A stretch of DNA of 64,000 nt from the IMG/VR virus record IMGVR_UViG_3300037424_000906, positions 1 through 64,000 of that record. The stretch is one strand, 5' to 3'. Position numbers and translations under genes: made by a program. Under the pieces are notes generated by a model, which saw nothing but the letters and a program-made list of their open reading frames with translations, did not search any database and was not told the DNA's origin. The DNA comes from a virus. Positions 20,984 to 29,825 of the stretch are shown here, in pieces (within the stretch, counting starts at the first letter, position 1; each line of letters starts with the position of its first letter).

Positions 20984-21691
20984 GTGGCAACCACAACCGA
21001 CAACGAGCCACACGCCCTGTACCGCTTCTACGGTGCCGGCGGAACGCTGCTCTACATCGGCATCACCAACTCCATCCCGGTGCGCCTGAAGAAGCACAAC
21101 GCTGACAAGGCGTGGTGGACTGGCGTTGCCGATATCAAGGTCGAGCACTACCCGAACCGGGCCGCAGTCCTGGAAGCTGAGCGCCGGGCGATCATTGCCG
21201 AGAAGCCGCTCTATAACGTCCAGCACAACCAGGGCGGGCGCTGGGTAACCCAGGAGCCCCTCGGTAGGACGCCCGAGTTGATCGCCGTGTGTATGGGCTG
21301 CCACGTGAAGATTGACGGCAGCAGCGCGGGGGCACTGCACATCTCCCACCTCGAGGTCGGCATTCATCAGCGGTACGTCCGCGAGCAGAATCCGTGGTCC
21401 AGTGGTATCGACGTTGAGGAGCTGCTGTCCGGTCCGAGTACCGCGACCTGGATGGTTCACTGCGACTTCTGCAACCCGCACTGGACCGAGGACGGGGACG
21501 GCGTCGCCCTCTGCGATAGCTGCTACTGCATCTCGACCAACGAGGTCCGCACCTGGTCGCAACTAGTCCAGTGGACAGCGCACCTGCAGGAAAAGGCGTG
21601 GCTGGTCCACACCAACTGGTTCGGTTTCACTCGAGCTATCGCTCTCGGCGCCCATGACGCCGGGTTCATCTCTGCTCGAGCAGCGAGCTGA
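20984..21691 (+). CDS. GIY-YIG nuclease domain protein with Cys-rich C-terminus
   Basis: ALYRFY...LLYIGIT...RLKKH...AE..AI..EKPLYN. Confidence 0.8.
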   Translation: MATTTDNEPHALYRFYGAGGTLLYIGITNSIPVRLKKHNADKAWWTGVADIKVEHYPNRAAVLEAERRAIIAEKPLYNVQHNQGGRWVTQEPLGRTPELIAVCMGCHVKIDGSSAGALHISHLEVGIHQRYVREQNPWSSGIDVEELLSGPSTATWMVHCDFCNPHWTEDGDGVALCDSCYCISTNEVRTWSQLVQWTAHLQEKAWLVHTNWFGFTRAIALGAHDAGFISARAAS

Positions 21692-21693
21692 CC

Positions 21694-22365
21694 ATGTCCA
21701 GAAATTACGCGAACATCCTTACCGCTATCTGGCGCAACGAAGAATTCCGGGCGCTCGAGGCTGGTGCCCAGCACGCGTACTTGATGCTGACCTCACAGCC
21801 CGACATCAGCGCCGCCGGCGTGCTGCCGCTGCGGATGTGCCGCTGGGCAACGTCTGCCGCCGACCTCACGGTCGAGGTGCTCGAGAGCAACCTCCGGGAA
21901 CTGCACGAAGCTAAGTTCATCTCCGTCGACTGGGATGACCAGGAGGTCCTTGTCCGGCCGTTCCTGCCGCCGCCCGTCGCGCCCCGTACGCCACGCCCGC
22001 GCAAAGCGCCGACACCGCGACCCCAGCTCGAGTACGTACCCGTAGCGCCAAGTGCCGAAGGCCTTCCCAAGCGTCGCAGCAAGGTGAGTGCTACGAAGCG
22101 CCGGCTGGTCTTCATCCGAGACGGCTTCACCTGCCAGCGCTGCGGTTGGTGCGCTGGCGAGTACCCCGACTACGACGGTCGCTACACCGTCGGCGGTCGG
22201 GACACCTCGATCCGTGGCAAGCGGGCAAAAAAGGCGGGGGAACCGGGCTACCGGTACCTCGAGCTCGACCACGTCTACCCGCACTCGCTGGGCGGCCCGA
22301 CCACGGTCGAGAACCTCCAGGCGCTCTGCGACTTCTGCAACACGTCGAAGGGGGCGAAAGTCTGA
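21694..22365 (+). CDS. Replication-initiator-like N-terminal domain fused to HNH endonuclease
   Basis: IWRNEEFRAL...YLMLTSQPD; RDGFTCQRCG...LDHVYPHSLGG...NLQALCDFCNTSKG. Confidence 0.75.
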   Translation: MSRNYANILTAIWRNEEFRALEAGAQHAYLMLTSQPDISAAGVLPLRMCRWATSAADLTVEVLESNLRELHEAKFISVDWDDQEVLVRPFLPPPVAPRTPRPRKAPTPRPQLEYVPVAPSAEGLPKRRSKVSATKRRLVFIRDGFTCQRCGWCAGEYPDYDGRYTVGGRDTSIRGKRAKKAGEPGYRYLELDHVYPHSLGGPTTVENLQALCDFCNTSKGAKV

Positions 22366-23402
22366 TGTCCAGCACCAGCGAGGCCCCGCGTGACCCGCGT
22401 CTGTACGTGCGGATCACCACGGACATCGCGATGAACCCGAAGCTTGCCGTGATCGACAGTCCGGCCGCGTCGTGGACGTACGTCTGCTCGATCACGTACT
22501 CCGGCGGCTCGTTCACCGACGGGCACTTCCCGGTCTCCACCGTGCTCCGGATCGCAGGCACGGACAAGGACGTCGCGGAGGCACTTGTCGAGCAAGAGCT
22601 ATGGCACCTGCCAGGGCACGACTGCAACCGCTGCCCTCAGCCGAAGAAGGGCTGGGCGTACGTCCACGACTTCCTCAAGCACCAACGGTCGAAGGAAGAA
22701 GCCCAGGAACTCACCGACAAGCGCCGTAACGCCGGTAGGGCCGGAGCCGCCGCACGCTGGGGAAAGACCTCATCATCGGCACCAGCGGAGAAGCCTCAGG
22801 GCAGGCGGATCTCGAACGAGAAGGCGTCCTCCGACGTGCCCCTCTGGGATGAGAACGACACATCCATAGCAAGTGCCATGCCAAGTGCCATGGCAAATGG
22901 ATGGCAAACCGATGGCAAAGCTATGGCAGAGGAGAGGAGAAGAGAAGAGACAACTACTACAGCGCCTACGGCGCTGCCGGAGTCGGCTCCGCCTCCCCGA
23001 CAACTCGCCCTCGTTCCCGATGCGCCGTTAACCATCAGCCAGCGGTCCAAAGCCATCACGGACGCCTACGCCGCCGTTGAGCCTCTGTGCAAGTGGCCCG
23101 CAGTCAACGGAATCGTCGCCAAGGCAATCAAGGTGGAGAAGTGGTCCGACACCGAGATCCGCGACGCCGTGCTTCGCCTCGCTGCCGATGGGCGTTCGGT
23201 CACCGTTGACGTTCTGCGCACCGAGCTGAACGGGCTGCCGCCGATGAAATCCCGCGCTACATCTGGCCGCCAGCTCACCGAGCACAACGGGTTGATGCTC
23301 AACGACCGCAACATGGCCAACGTTGAACGGGCCCGGCGCATCGCAGCACTCGAAGCCCGGGGTAGACACACCCAGGCCGCGATTGAGGGAGGCGCGGCGT
23401 GA
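22365..23402 (+). CDS. Putative replication initiator (lambda O-like organisation)
   Basis: VHDFLKHQRS motif, internal iteron-like repeats, position upstream of the helicase loader. Confidence 0.65.
   Translation: MSSTSEAPRDPRLYVRITTDIAMNPKLAVIDSPAASWTYVCSITYSGGSFTDGHFPVSTVLRIAGTDKDVAEALVEQELWHLPGHDCNRCPQPKKGWAYVHDFLKHQRSKEEAQELTDKRRNAGRAGAAARWGKTSSSAPAEKPQGRRISNEKASSDVPLWDENDTSIASAMPSAMANGWQTDGKAMAEERRREETTTTAPTALPESAPPPRQLALVPDAPLTISQRSKAITDAYAAVEPLCKWPAVNGIVAKAIKVEKWSDTEIRDAVLRLAADGRSVTVDVLRTELNGLPPMKSRATSGRQLTEHNGLMLNDRNMANVERARRIAALEARGRHTQAAIEGGAA
22866..22950. repeat. Iteron-like repeats; putative replication origin
   Basis: Six ATGGCAAA-like units at 22866, 22878, 22890, 22901, 22912, 22923 (11-12 bp spacing), then a purine tract. 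Confidence 0.65.
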
Positions 23403-23917
23403 ACCTCTCCGAAACCGATCAGCTCCTCACCCTCATCTCCAACGTCGACAACCGCAACATCGACGACGCCACCGTGCTGGTCTGGCACGAGATCCTCGGA
23501 GACCTGCCCTACGCCGAATGCGTCGCAGCGATGAAGGCGCACTTCAGGGAGAACACCGAGTACCTGACGCCGGCCTTCATCCGGGCCCGCGCCCGGATGC
23601 TCCGCGAGGACCGCAGCCGCGGTACCGCCGTCGCCGCGATCAAGGCTGCTGACCCGGTGCGTGATCTCACCCCGGAGCAGCGCAGTGCGCGCCTCCAGGC
23701 CCGGATCGAGGCGTGCATGGAGGCGGCCCGTCCGGGGATTGAGCGGCTGGCGGAGAAGGGCTGGGCGGGCGAGATCCGGGAGACCGACCCGAAGCTGCGC
23801 CTGGCGAAGTTGCGGGCGAGGGAAGAGCGGCGGCGGCGGGAGCGGTCGAAGAACCCGAACCTGGCCGGGCTGATGAGCCAGGCCACCCGCCATATCCAGC
23901 CCGGAGGCCAGCCGTGA
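23399..23917 (+). CDS. Replicative helicase loader/inhibitor (G39P-like)
   Basis: DNRNID...WHEILGDLPY..C..A...H....EYLTPA pattern; follows the initiator. Confidence 0.65.
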   Translation: MNLSETDQLLTLISNVDNRNIDDATVLVWHEILGDLPYAECVAAMKAHFRENTEYLTPAFIRARARMLREDRSRGTAVAAIKAADPVRDLTPEQRSARLQARIEACMEAARPGIERLAEKGWAGEIRETDPKLRLAKLRAREERRRRERSKNPNLAGLMSQATRHIQPGGQP

Positions 23918-24128
23918 GCCGGGAGAACGAACGCGAGCAGATGCAGCGCGATGCCGAACGCTTTGCCGCCAGCATGGGCAAGGTTTACCGCCCGCATCCC
24001 GGCGGCCCGGTCGACTGGGAAACCGGCGAGCCCCTCCGCAGGGAGGTCCCGGCTGCGATCGAGCCCGTGGACGGCTGGTCCGAATGGGAGCAGCCCGCGA
24101 CCGCCTTCACCCAGACCGAGGAGTCCTG

Positions 24129-25097
24129 ATGCACATCCGCCCTGTTGACATGCCCGAACTGCGCGACGAGACGATCAAGTGGGCCACTGACGAGGTTAGC
24201 CAGAAGGCCATAGAAGTCGGCATTCGGGCAGGTCGCCAGCCCTTCGTCCCGAAGGCGGCATCAGTATCGGCTTCCGCCAAAATGCTCTGTCTCGCCGAAG
24301 CCAGCCGTTTGCGCACCTCAGAGCTGTTTCACGTCAGCTCGGAGATGTCCGACTTGGCGGTAGCGTCGGGTCGGAGCCTTCCCGAATTCAGCCTTACGCC
24401 CGAAGACGTGCCGGTTCCGAACGGCTTTGCGTATTTCGAGAAGCCGCTCACCGTCATTGAGGACACCGTCGCCGCTGGGTCGCCCGTCGTCCACGTGCCC
24501 ATCGTTGCCGCGAGCTGGAGCCCGTGGACAGACGGGCTGTGGGTCACCTGGTACACCAGCTCCAGGGCGATGCTGGATGAATACGCAAGAATCGGTATCT
24601 ACTCCGCCAAGGATGCAGAGAAGATTTGTCCGACCATCCCGCACCTGTCTCCCAACCGGAACACACAGTGGCCTTTCGGTACTTCTCTCGGAATTCGCTC
24701 CTCTGATGGAGGGGAGTTCTCCTCACTCAAGGATGCCCGCGCTGCCGGTGCTATGCAGGAGCCGGTGACCGTCCTGAAGGCCGCATGGCTCCTGATGGCC
24801 CAGCCCGGCATTGCGACCGTAACCGACGCCCAGTTCGACCGGGCGGCCCGTCGGCGCATGCCCAAGGACCAGGAGCCGCCGCGAGTCCGCGTGATCACCC
24901 TGCGCCGACCGTCCGGCAGCAGCTCTGGCGACTCCGACCGCGAGTACCACCACCAGTGGATCGTGCGCGGTCACTGGCGGCAGCACTGGTACCCGGCCCG
25001 GCAGGTCCACCGTCCCGTCTGGATTGCGCCCCACGTCAAGGGTCCCGAGGGTGCTCCGCTGCTCGGCGGCGAAAAGGTCTACGCGTGGAAGCGCTGA
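24129..25097 (+). CDS. Phage protein with C-terminal VRGHWR motif
   Basis: HQWIVRGHWRQHWYP...VWIAPHVKGP. Confidence 0.7.
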   Translation: MHIRPVDMPELRDETIKWATDEVSQKAIEVGIRAGRQPFVPKAASVSASAKMLCLAEASRLRTSELFHVSSEMSDLAVASGRSLPEFSLTPEDVPVPNGFAYFEKPLTVIEDTVAAGSPVVHVPIVAASWSPWTDGLWVTWYTSSRAMLDEYARIGIYSAKDAEKICPTIPHLSPNRNTQWPFGTSLGIRSSDGGEFSSLKDARAAGAMQEPVTVLKAAWLLMAQPGIATVTDAQFDRAARRRMPKDQEPPRVRVITLRRPSGSSSGDSDREYHHQWIVRGHWRQHWYPARQVHRPVWIAPHVKGPEGAPLLGGEKVYAWKR

Positions 25098-25137
25098 CCT
25101 TCCCGAATCCCCAGCCCACGCCTTCAGAGGAGTCCTG

Positions 25138-25809
25138 ATGACCGCGCAGCCCATCAAGATCGGTGACCGAGCTTTTCCGACCAAGGGGAAGGCGCAGAAG
25201 GCATGCCAAGACATCCTCAACGGCTACCCGCTCGGAGCGACCGTCAGCGACCCAGAGCACCACGGATTCCTCGAAGACCTGATGCTGCATCACCCGGAGT
25301 CCGAAACGAAGATCGGTATCGGGATCCTCTGGTTCGAGGTCAGGCGCAACCCGAAGTACCCCAGCCAGCGCGGGCTGTTCCTGATCCGCCATGACGGCAC
25401 GGAGACCGACTTCTCCTACATCAGCTGCTTGACGCCCCCGACTCACCGGACTGACGTGCTGTCCGCTCTGCGCTCGGCAATCAGCGAGCAGGTCATGACC
25501 GTTGCCCGGGATGCGTTCGCCTCAGGGCAACCCGTGTCCTGCCCCATCACCGGCGAGCTGATGCTCTCGACGGCGGACGCCCACGTCGACCACAGCGACC
25601 CAACATTCCTGCAACTGGCCAGCGACTTTGCCGCCAGCGAGGGCGGATGGGACGCCATCGTGCTCCGCAGTGCCGACGGCCTGATCGGGATGTCGCTGAC
25701 CGACCTCGACCAACTGGACCGGTGGGTACACCGCCACTACCAGTTGGCGAACCTCCGCGTGGTGTCCCGCATCGCCAACCTCTCGTTGCTGCGCAGGGCC
25801 GCGCCGTGA
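25138..25809 (+). CDS. DCL/DUF3223-family protein with HNH-like C-terminus
   Basis: HHPESETKIGIGI..F.V...LFLIRHDGTETDFSYISC; CPITG..HVDH. Confidence 0.7.
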   Translation: MTAQPIKIGDRAFPTKGKAQKACQDILNGYPLGATVSDPEHHGFLEDLMLHHPESETKIGIGILWFEVRRNPKYPSQRGLFLIRHDGTETDFSYISCLTPPTHRTDVLSALRSAISEQVMTVARDAFASGQPVSCPITGELMLSTADAHVDHSDPTFLQLASDFAASEGGWDAIVLRSADGLIGMSLTDLDQLDRWVHRHYQLANLRVVSRIANLSLLRRAAP

Positions 25810-25876
25810 CCACCCACGCCGCCATTCGCGAACTGGCGCCCACCCCGTGACCCCGCACATCACCGAAGGAGTCCCG

Positions 25877-27268
25877 ATGAACGACCTGACCACCCAGCCC
25901 GCCGCGACTTGGCGGGACTACACCTTCGAGCCGTGCGGCGACGACGCGGTTTCCAGCATGGTGATCTGCCGCAGCGAAGAGGCGTGCGAGGGTCATCACC
26001 CGAGTGCCGAGGACCAGTACCTGACCCTCGGTGAGGCAGTCGACTGGGCGCAGGCTCACGCCGCCAAGCACGCGCAGTGGGAGCTGGACGACGCCGTCGA
26101 GTTGGAGGCGCCTGCCCCGGTCGAGATGCCGCCGTCCATCTACGAGCCGTGCGGGTGCCTGACCAACGACGCCAACTCCCACCGCGGCAGCTGCCCGGCC
26201 TGGGAGACCCGGTATGCCGAGGGCCGCGCGTTCTGGGTGCCCCGGTCGCCCGCCTCCGTCAACCCGTCCGCTGACAAGCCGGCGGTGGCGTGATGGGCGA
26301 GAACTACTACGGTCCCGGCCTCGGCGAGGACTTCGCCTTGCACGTCTCACCCGAGGCCATGGTGCACCGCATCAAGCAGCTCAAGGCCGATCGCGACCGG
26401 TACGCCCGCTGGGTTGAGCGACTGGAGCAGCTCCACGCCCAGCGGTTGGCGGAGGTGGCCAGCGGCGAATGGCCCCGGACTCACTGCCCGTGCAACTTCC
26501 ACACCACGCATGCCGCACACAACGAGACGACGGTGACCGCATGACCGCCCCGCTGAACGAGCCAACCACGCCTACGTGGCTGGCCGAGGCCGAGCCCGCC
26601 ATCATCCGCGCCCTCGACAACGAGATCGAGCGGTCCGCCCTCGGGCTGCTCACCTTCAGCGACGTTGCGGACATCGTCGCCCGAGGACTCGCCGAGCTGA
26701 TCGAGGCACGAGAGACCAGAGTGCGCGAGATGGTGCGGGAACGGATCGCGGAGAAGACCGACGAGCACAGCCCGAACGTGCGCTGGGGTCGCCGCTACGA
26801 CGACGCGGTTGGCGTTGCACTCACCACCAACCAGGAACCGGCATACGTGTCACAGGAAGCCGCTGAGGCCGCCGCACGTGCCCTGCACGCTTCCCGGCAG
26901 GGGCCATACCTTCCCTGCGGGCGAAGCGACTGCACCGAGATCCGCGTTGCGCTTGGCGGTGCGGCATGACCTTTCCGACTCCCGAGAACCTCGCCGCCTG
27001 GAGCATCGACTCCGCTCGGCTCAACGACCTCCGCTACCTGCTCAACAAGCACGGCGAGGCTGCGGTCGAGGTGTACCTGAACTGCGCCCTGGAAACGTCG
27101 GAGCGATACCACGGCATCGCCCGGCTGATCGCTGACCTGCACGGCCGTCAGCGGTACGGGCTCAGCTTCGCCCTGGGGTTCGCGCACTCGGGATGCGTGG
27201 GCGAGTCCAAGGACTGCCTGCGGGACATCTGCGTCGAGATCCGTACCGCCCGGGACGGTGCGGCATGA
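25877..27268 (+). other. Hypothetical genes (25877-26293, 26293-26544, 26541-26969, 26966-27268)
   Basis: Coupled ORFs. Confidence 0.6.
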
Positions 27269-27678
27269 CCACGGAGAGCACCGTCGTGCCGGTCGAGGCG
27301 GCCGAGTACCTGTACGAGCGCGCCCTGTTCGAGGACCTCAACGGGCACCTCGACTGGGAAGTCCGGCAGTACCCGATCGTCAAGCGCACCACCATGCGGG
27401 TCTACTACGCCGACCGGTCCGGCCGCGTCGGGATCGTCGACCGGCAGAAGCTGGAGTCCGAAGGCAGCGTCTGGGTCCGCAGTGGCGGCGGCTTCACCCT
27501 CCACGCCAACCGGGTCGACGCCGAACCCACCTCGGCCGAGACCACCACCGAGAAGGTAACCCGACTGCGCGTCGCAATGGCCGCCGTGCACCCCGACCGT
27601 GGCGGAGACCCAGCCGAGTTCCGGGCCGCGTTCGCTCTCTACGAGAAGGCCTCAGCCCGCCAGAAAGCGCAGGGGTAG
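27265..27678 (+). CDS. Protein with C-terminal J-domain-like HPD motif
   Basis: AAVHPDRGGDPAEFRAAFALYE. Confidence 0.6.
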   Translation: MTTESTVVPVEAAEYLYERALFEDLNGHLDWEVRQYPIVKRTTMRVYYADRSGRVGIVDRQKLESEGSVWVRSGGGFTLHANRVDAEPTSAETTTEKVTRLRVAMAAVHPDRGGDPAEFRAAFALYEKASARQKAQG

Positions 27679-27680
27679 CC

Positions 27681-28085
27681 GTGACCACCACCGACCCGCT
27701 TGCGGAGCTTCGTGCCGCCGCTGAGGCCGCCGTACCCGTCCTCGGCTACGTTGCCATGGGGCGCGACTACATCGGCGTTGAGCCGTACCCGGACGCCACC
27801 GCCCGCCGCGTCCTCGCCGTGCTGGTTGACGCACTCGAGGCCACCGCCCCCGCGACGGCCGAAGACCGCGCCCGGCAGCTGATCCGCAACGCCATCGCCG
27901 CAGACGCGACCTGGAGTCAGGCATCTCTCGCGCTCCGCCTGGGCCTCACACAGAAGCACATCAGCCAGGTACTCACCGGCAAGGCCGGGCTCAGCTTCGA
28001 CCTCGCCGAACGGATGCTCGCAGCCCTCGGGCGACGACTGGAGATCACCGCAACGACCGCACCCGCCCAGACCGAGGAGTCGTGA
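27681..28085 (+). CDS. XRE-family HTH protein
   Basis: WSQASLALRLGLTQKHISQVLTGK. Confidence 0.75.
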   Translation: MTTTDPLAELRAAAEAAVPVLGYVAMGRDYIGVEPYPDATARRVLAVLVDALEATAPATAEDRARQLIRNAIAADATWSQASLALRLGLTQKHISQVLTGKAGLSFDLAERMLAALGRRLEITATTAPAQTEES

Positions 28086-28594
28086 TGAAGGAGCAGTTCG
28101 CGCAGCATGTCAGCGCGGTTAGCGCGCTCGGCGAAGCGCTGGACGGAACCCCGGCCAAGCGGAAGCGTTCGGCTTCGGCGGGGAAGCCAGCGGCCGCTCC
28201 TGCGGTTGGCATGAGTTATGCCTGCGCACGTTGTGGCCACAGAACAGACGATCAGCGCGGATACATGATCCACCTCCGTACCGAGATTGGCGAGTTGGAG
28301 AACGAGCTTGTTGGCTTCCGGGAGGGATCGCCGGAACTGTTTCGCGAAGTGCGGCGCGCCTACGAACGTGCAAGGTACGCAGCAGACCCGGAGGAACGCA
28401 GGCGAAGGGCGGAGAGGGGGCGGTTGCACAGGGCCAAACCAGAGGAAAAAGCGCGCGTGAGTGCATACAACCGCGCCTACCACGCCCGGCGGGCTACTCC
28501 CGAATGCCGGGAGCGCGAGAACGAGCTTAGGCGTGAGCGCCGCGCTCGCAAGAAGGCCGAGCGGGAAGCGTCGTCGAAGGGGGCAACCCCGTGA
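28082..28594 (+). CDS. Basic hypothetical protein with C2H2-like motif
   Basis: CARCG...YMIHL; Arg-rich tail. Confidence 0.55.
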   Translation: MMKEQFAQHVSAVSALGEALDGTPAKRKRSASAGKPAAAPAVGMSYACARCGHRTDDQRGYMIHLRTEIGELENELVGFREGSPELFREVRRAYERARYAADPEERRRRAERGRLHRAKPEEKARVSAYNRAYHARRATPECRERENELRRERRARKKAEREASSKGATP

Positions 28595-28727
28595 CCGCCT
28601 TCGCCGCCTGCCACACCTGGGCTGCCCGCTGGTTCCTGGCCCGCACCCGCCCCAACGAACCGCTACCACCGCCGTGTGGCTGCGACCCGGCTTGCTGTCC
28701 ACCGATCACCACCAAGGAGCCCACCCG

Positions 28728-29825
28728 ATGACGCAACTGTTCGACCTCTTCGACCGTGCCATGTTCGAGCAGGCACAGGCCGCCGGGCACATCCGTCGGC
28801 AGGTCCACCCGACCGAGCCGCTAGCCGTGCTCAACTACACGGAGAAGGCTGCGTACGAGGGCACCTGGAATCCGGTCACCCTTGCCTGCCGTGGGCTGAT
28901 CTACAACAGCGACACCATGGAGGTTGTCGCCCGCCCATTCGCCAAGTTTTTCAACCACGGCCAGGCTGGCGCAGCCCACATTCCGCTCGACGCCCCGGTG
29001 CAGGTGACCGACAAAGCGGACGGCAGCCTTGCGGTTTTCTTCCAGGAACCGAGCACCGGCAAGTGGGCTGTCGCCACCCGTGGTTCGTTCACCTCAGAGC
29101 AGGCCATCCACGCCACCGCCATGCTCCGCAGCGACCGGTTCGCGAACCTGAACCTGGACCCGAAATTTACGTTTCTCGCTGAGATCGTTTACCCGAGTAA
29201 TCGGATCGTCATCGACTACCACGGCCTTGATGACCTGATCCTGCTCGGCTGCGTCAACATCGAAACCGGCAAGACCTGGGGACCCAACGCTTACCCGGCA
29301 TGGTGGCCCGGTTGCCGCGCCGAGGTGTTCACCTACCGCACGCTTGCCGAAGCGCTCGCCGCGCCAGCCCGCGACAACGCGGAAGGCTTCGTCATCCGGG
29401 ACCTCGCCACCGACGCCCGGGTGAAGCTGAAGTACGAGGACTACATCAAAATGCACCGCATCGTGACCGGGCTCAATGCCCGCACCGTCTGGGAACACCT
29501 CTGCGACGACAAGCCGCTCGCCGACCTCATCGCGCCCCTGCCCGATGAATTCCACGCATGGGTCCAGCAGGTCGCCGACACCATCACCCAAACCGTCGAC
29601 CTTCAGATCGCAGAGGCCGAAAAGGCCCACGCCGAGATCCTCGCCAACCTGCCCGCCGGGTTCGGCCGAGGCGAGTACGCCGGCCGCGCCGCCACGTACC
29701 CGCTCAAGTGGGTGCTCTTCACCCTGCTCGACGGCAAAGACCCGCGCCCGAAGCTCCTCAAGCACGCCAAGCCCGAACCCGGCTGGAACCCCGCTGGCCG
29801 CACCTTCACCGAGGACAACGCATGA
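28728..29825 (+). CDS. RNA ligase, T4 Rnl1-like
   Basis: CRGLI, RPFAKFFN, DKADGSL, ATRGSF, EGFV, VKLK. Confidence 0.9.
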   Translation: MTQLFDLFDRAMFEQAQAAGHIRRQVHPTEPLAVLNYTEKAAYEGTWNPVTLACRGLIYNSDTMEVVARPFAKFFNHGQAGAAHIPLDAPVQVTDKADGSLAVFFQEPSTGKWAVATRGSFTSEQAIHATAMLRSDRFANLNLDPKFTFLAEIVYPSNRIVIDYHGLDDLILLGCVNIETGKTWGPNAYPAWWPGCRAEVFTYRTLAEALAAPARDNAEGFVIRDLATDARVKLKYEDYIKMHRIVTGLNARTVWEHLCDDKPLADLIAPLPDEFHAWVQQVADTITQTVDLQIAEAEKAHAEILANLPAGFGRGEYAGRAATYPLKWVLFTLLDGKDPRPKLLKHAKPEPGWNPAGRTFTEDNA

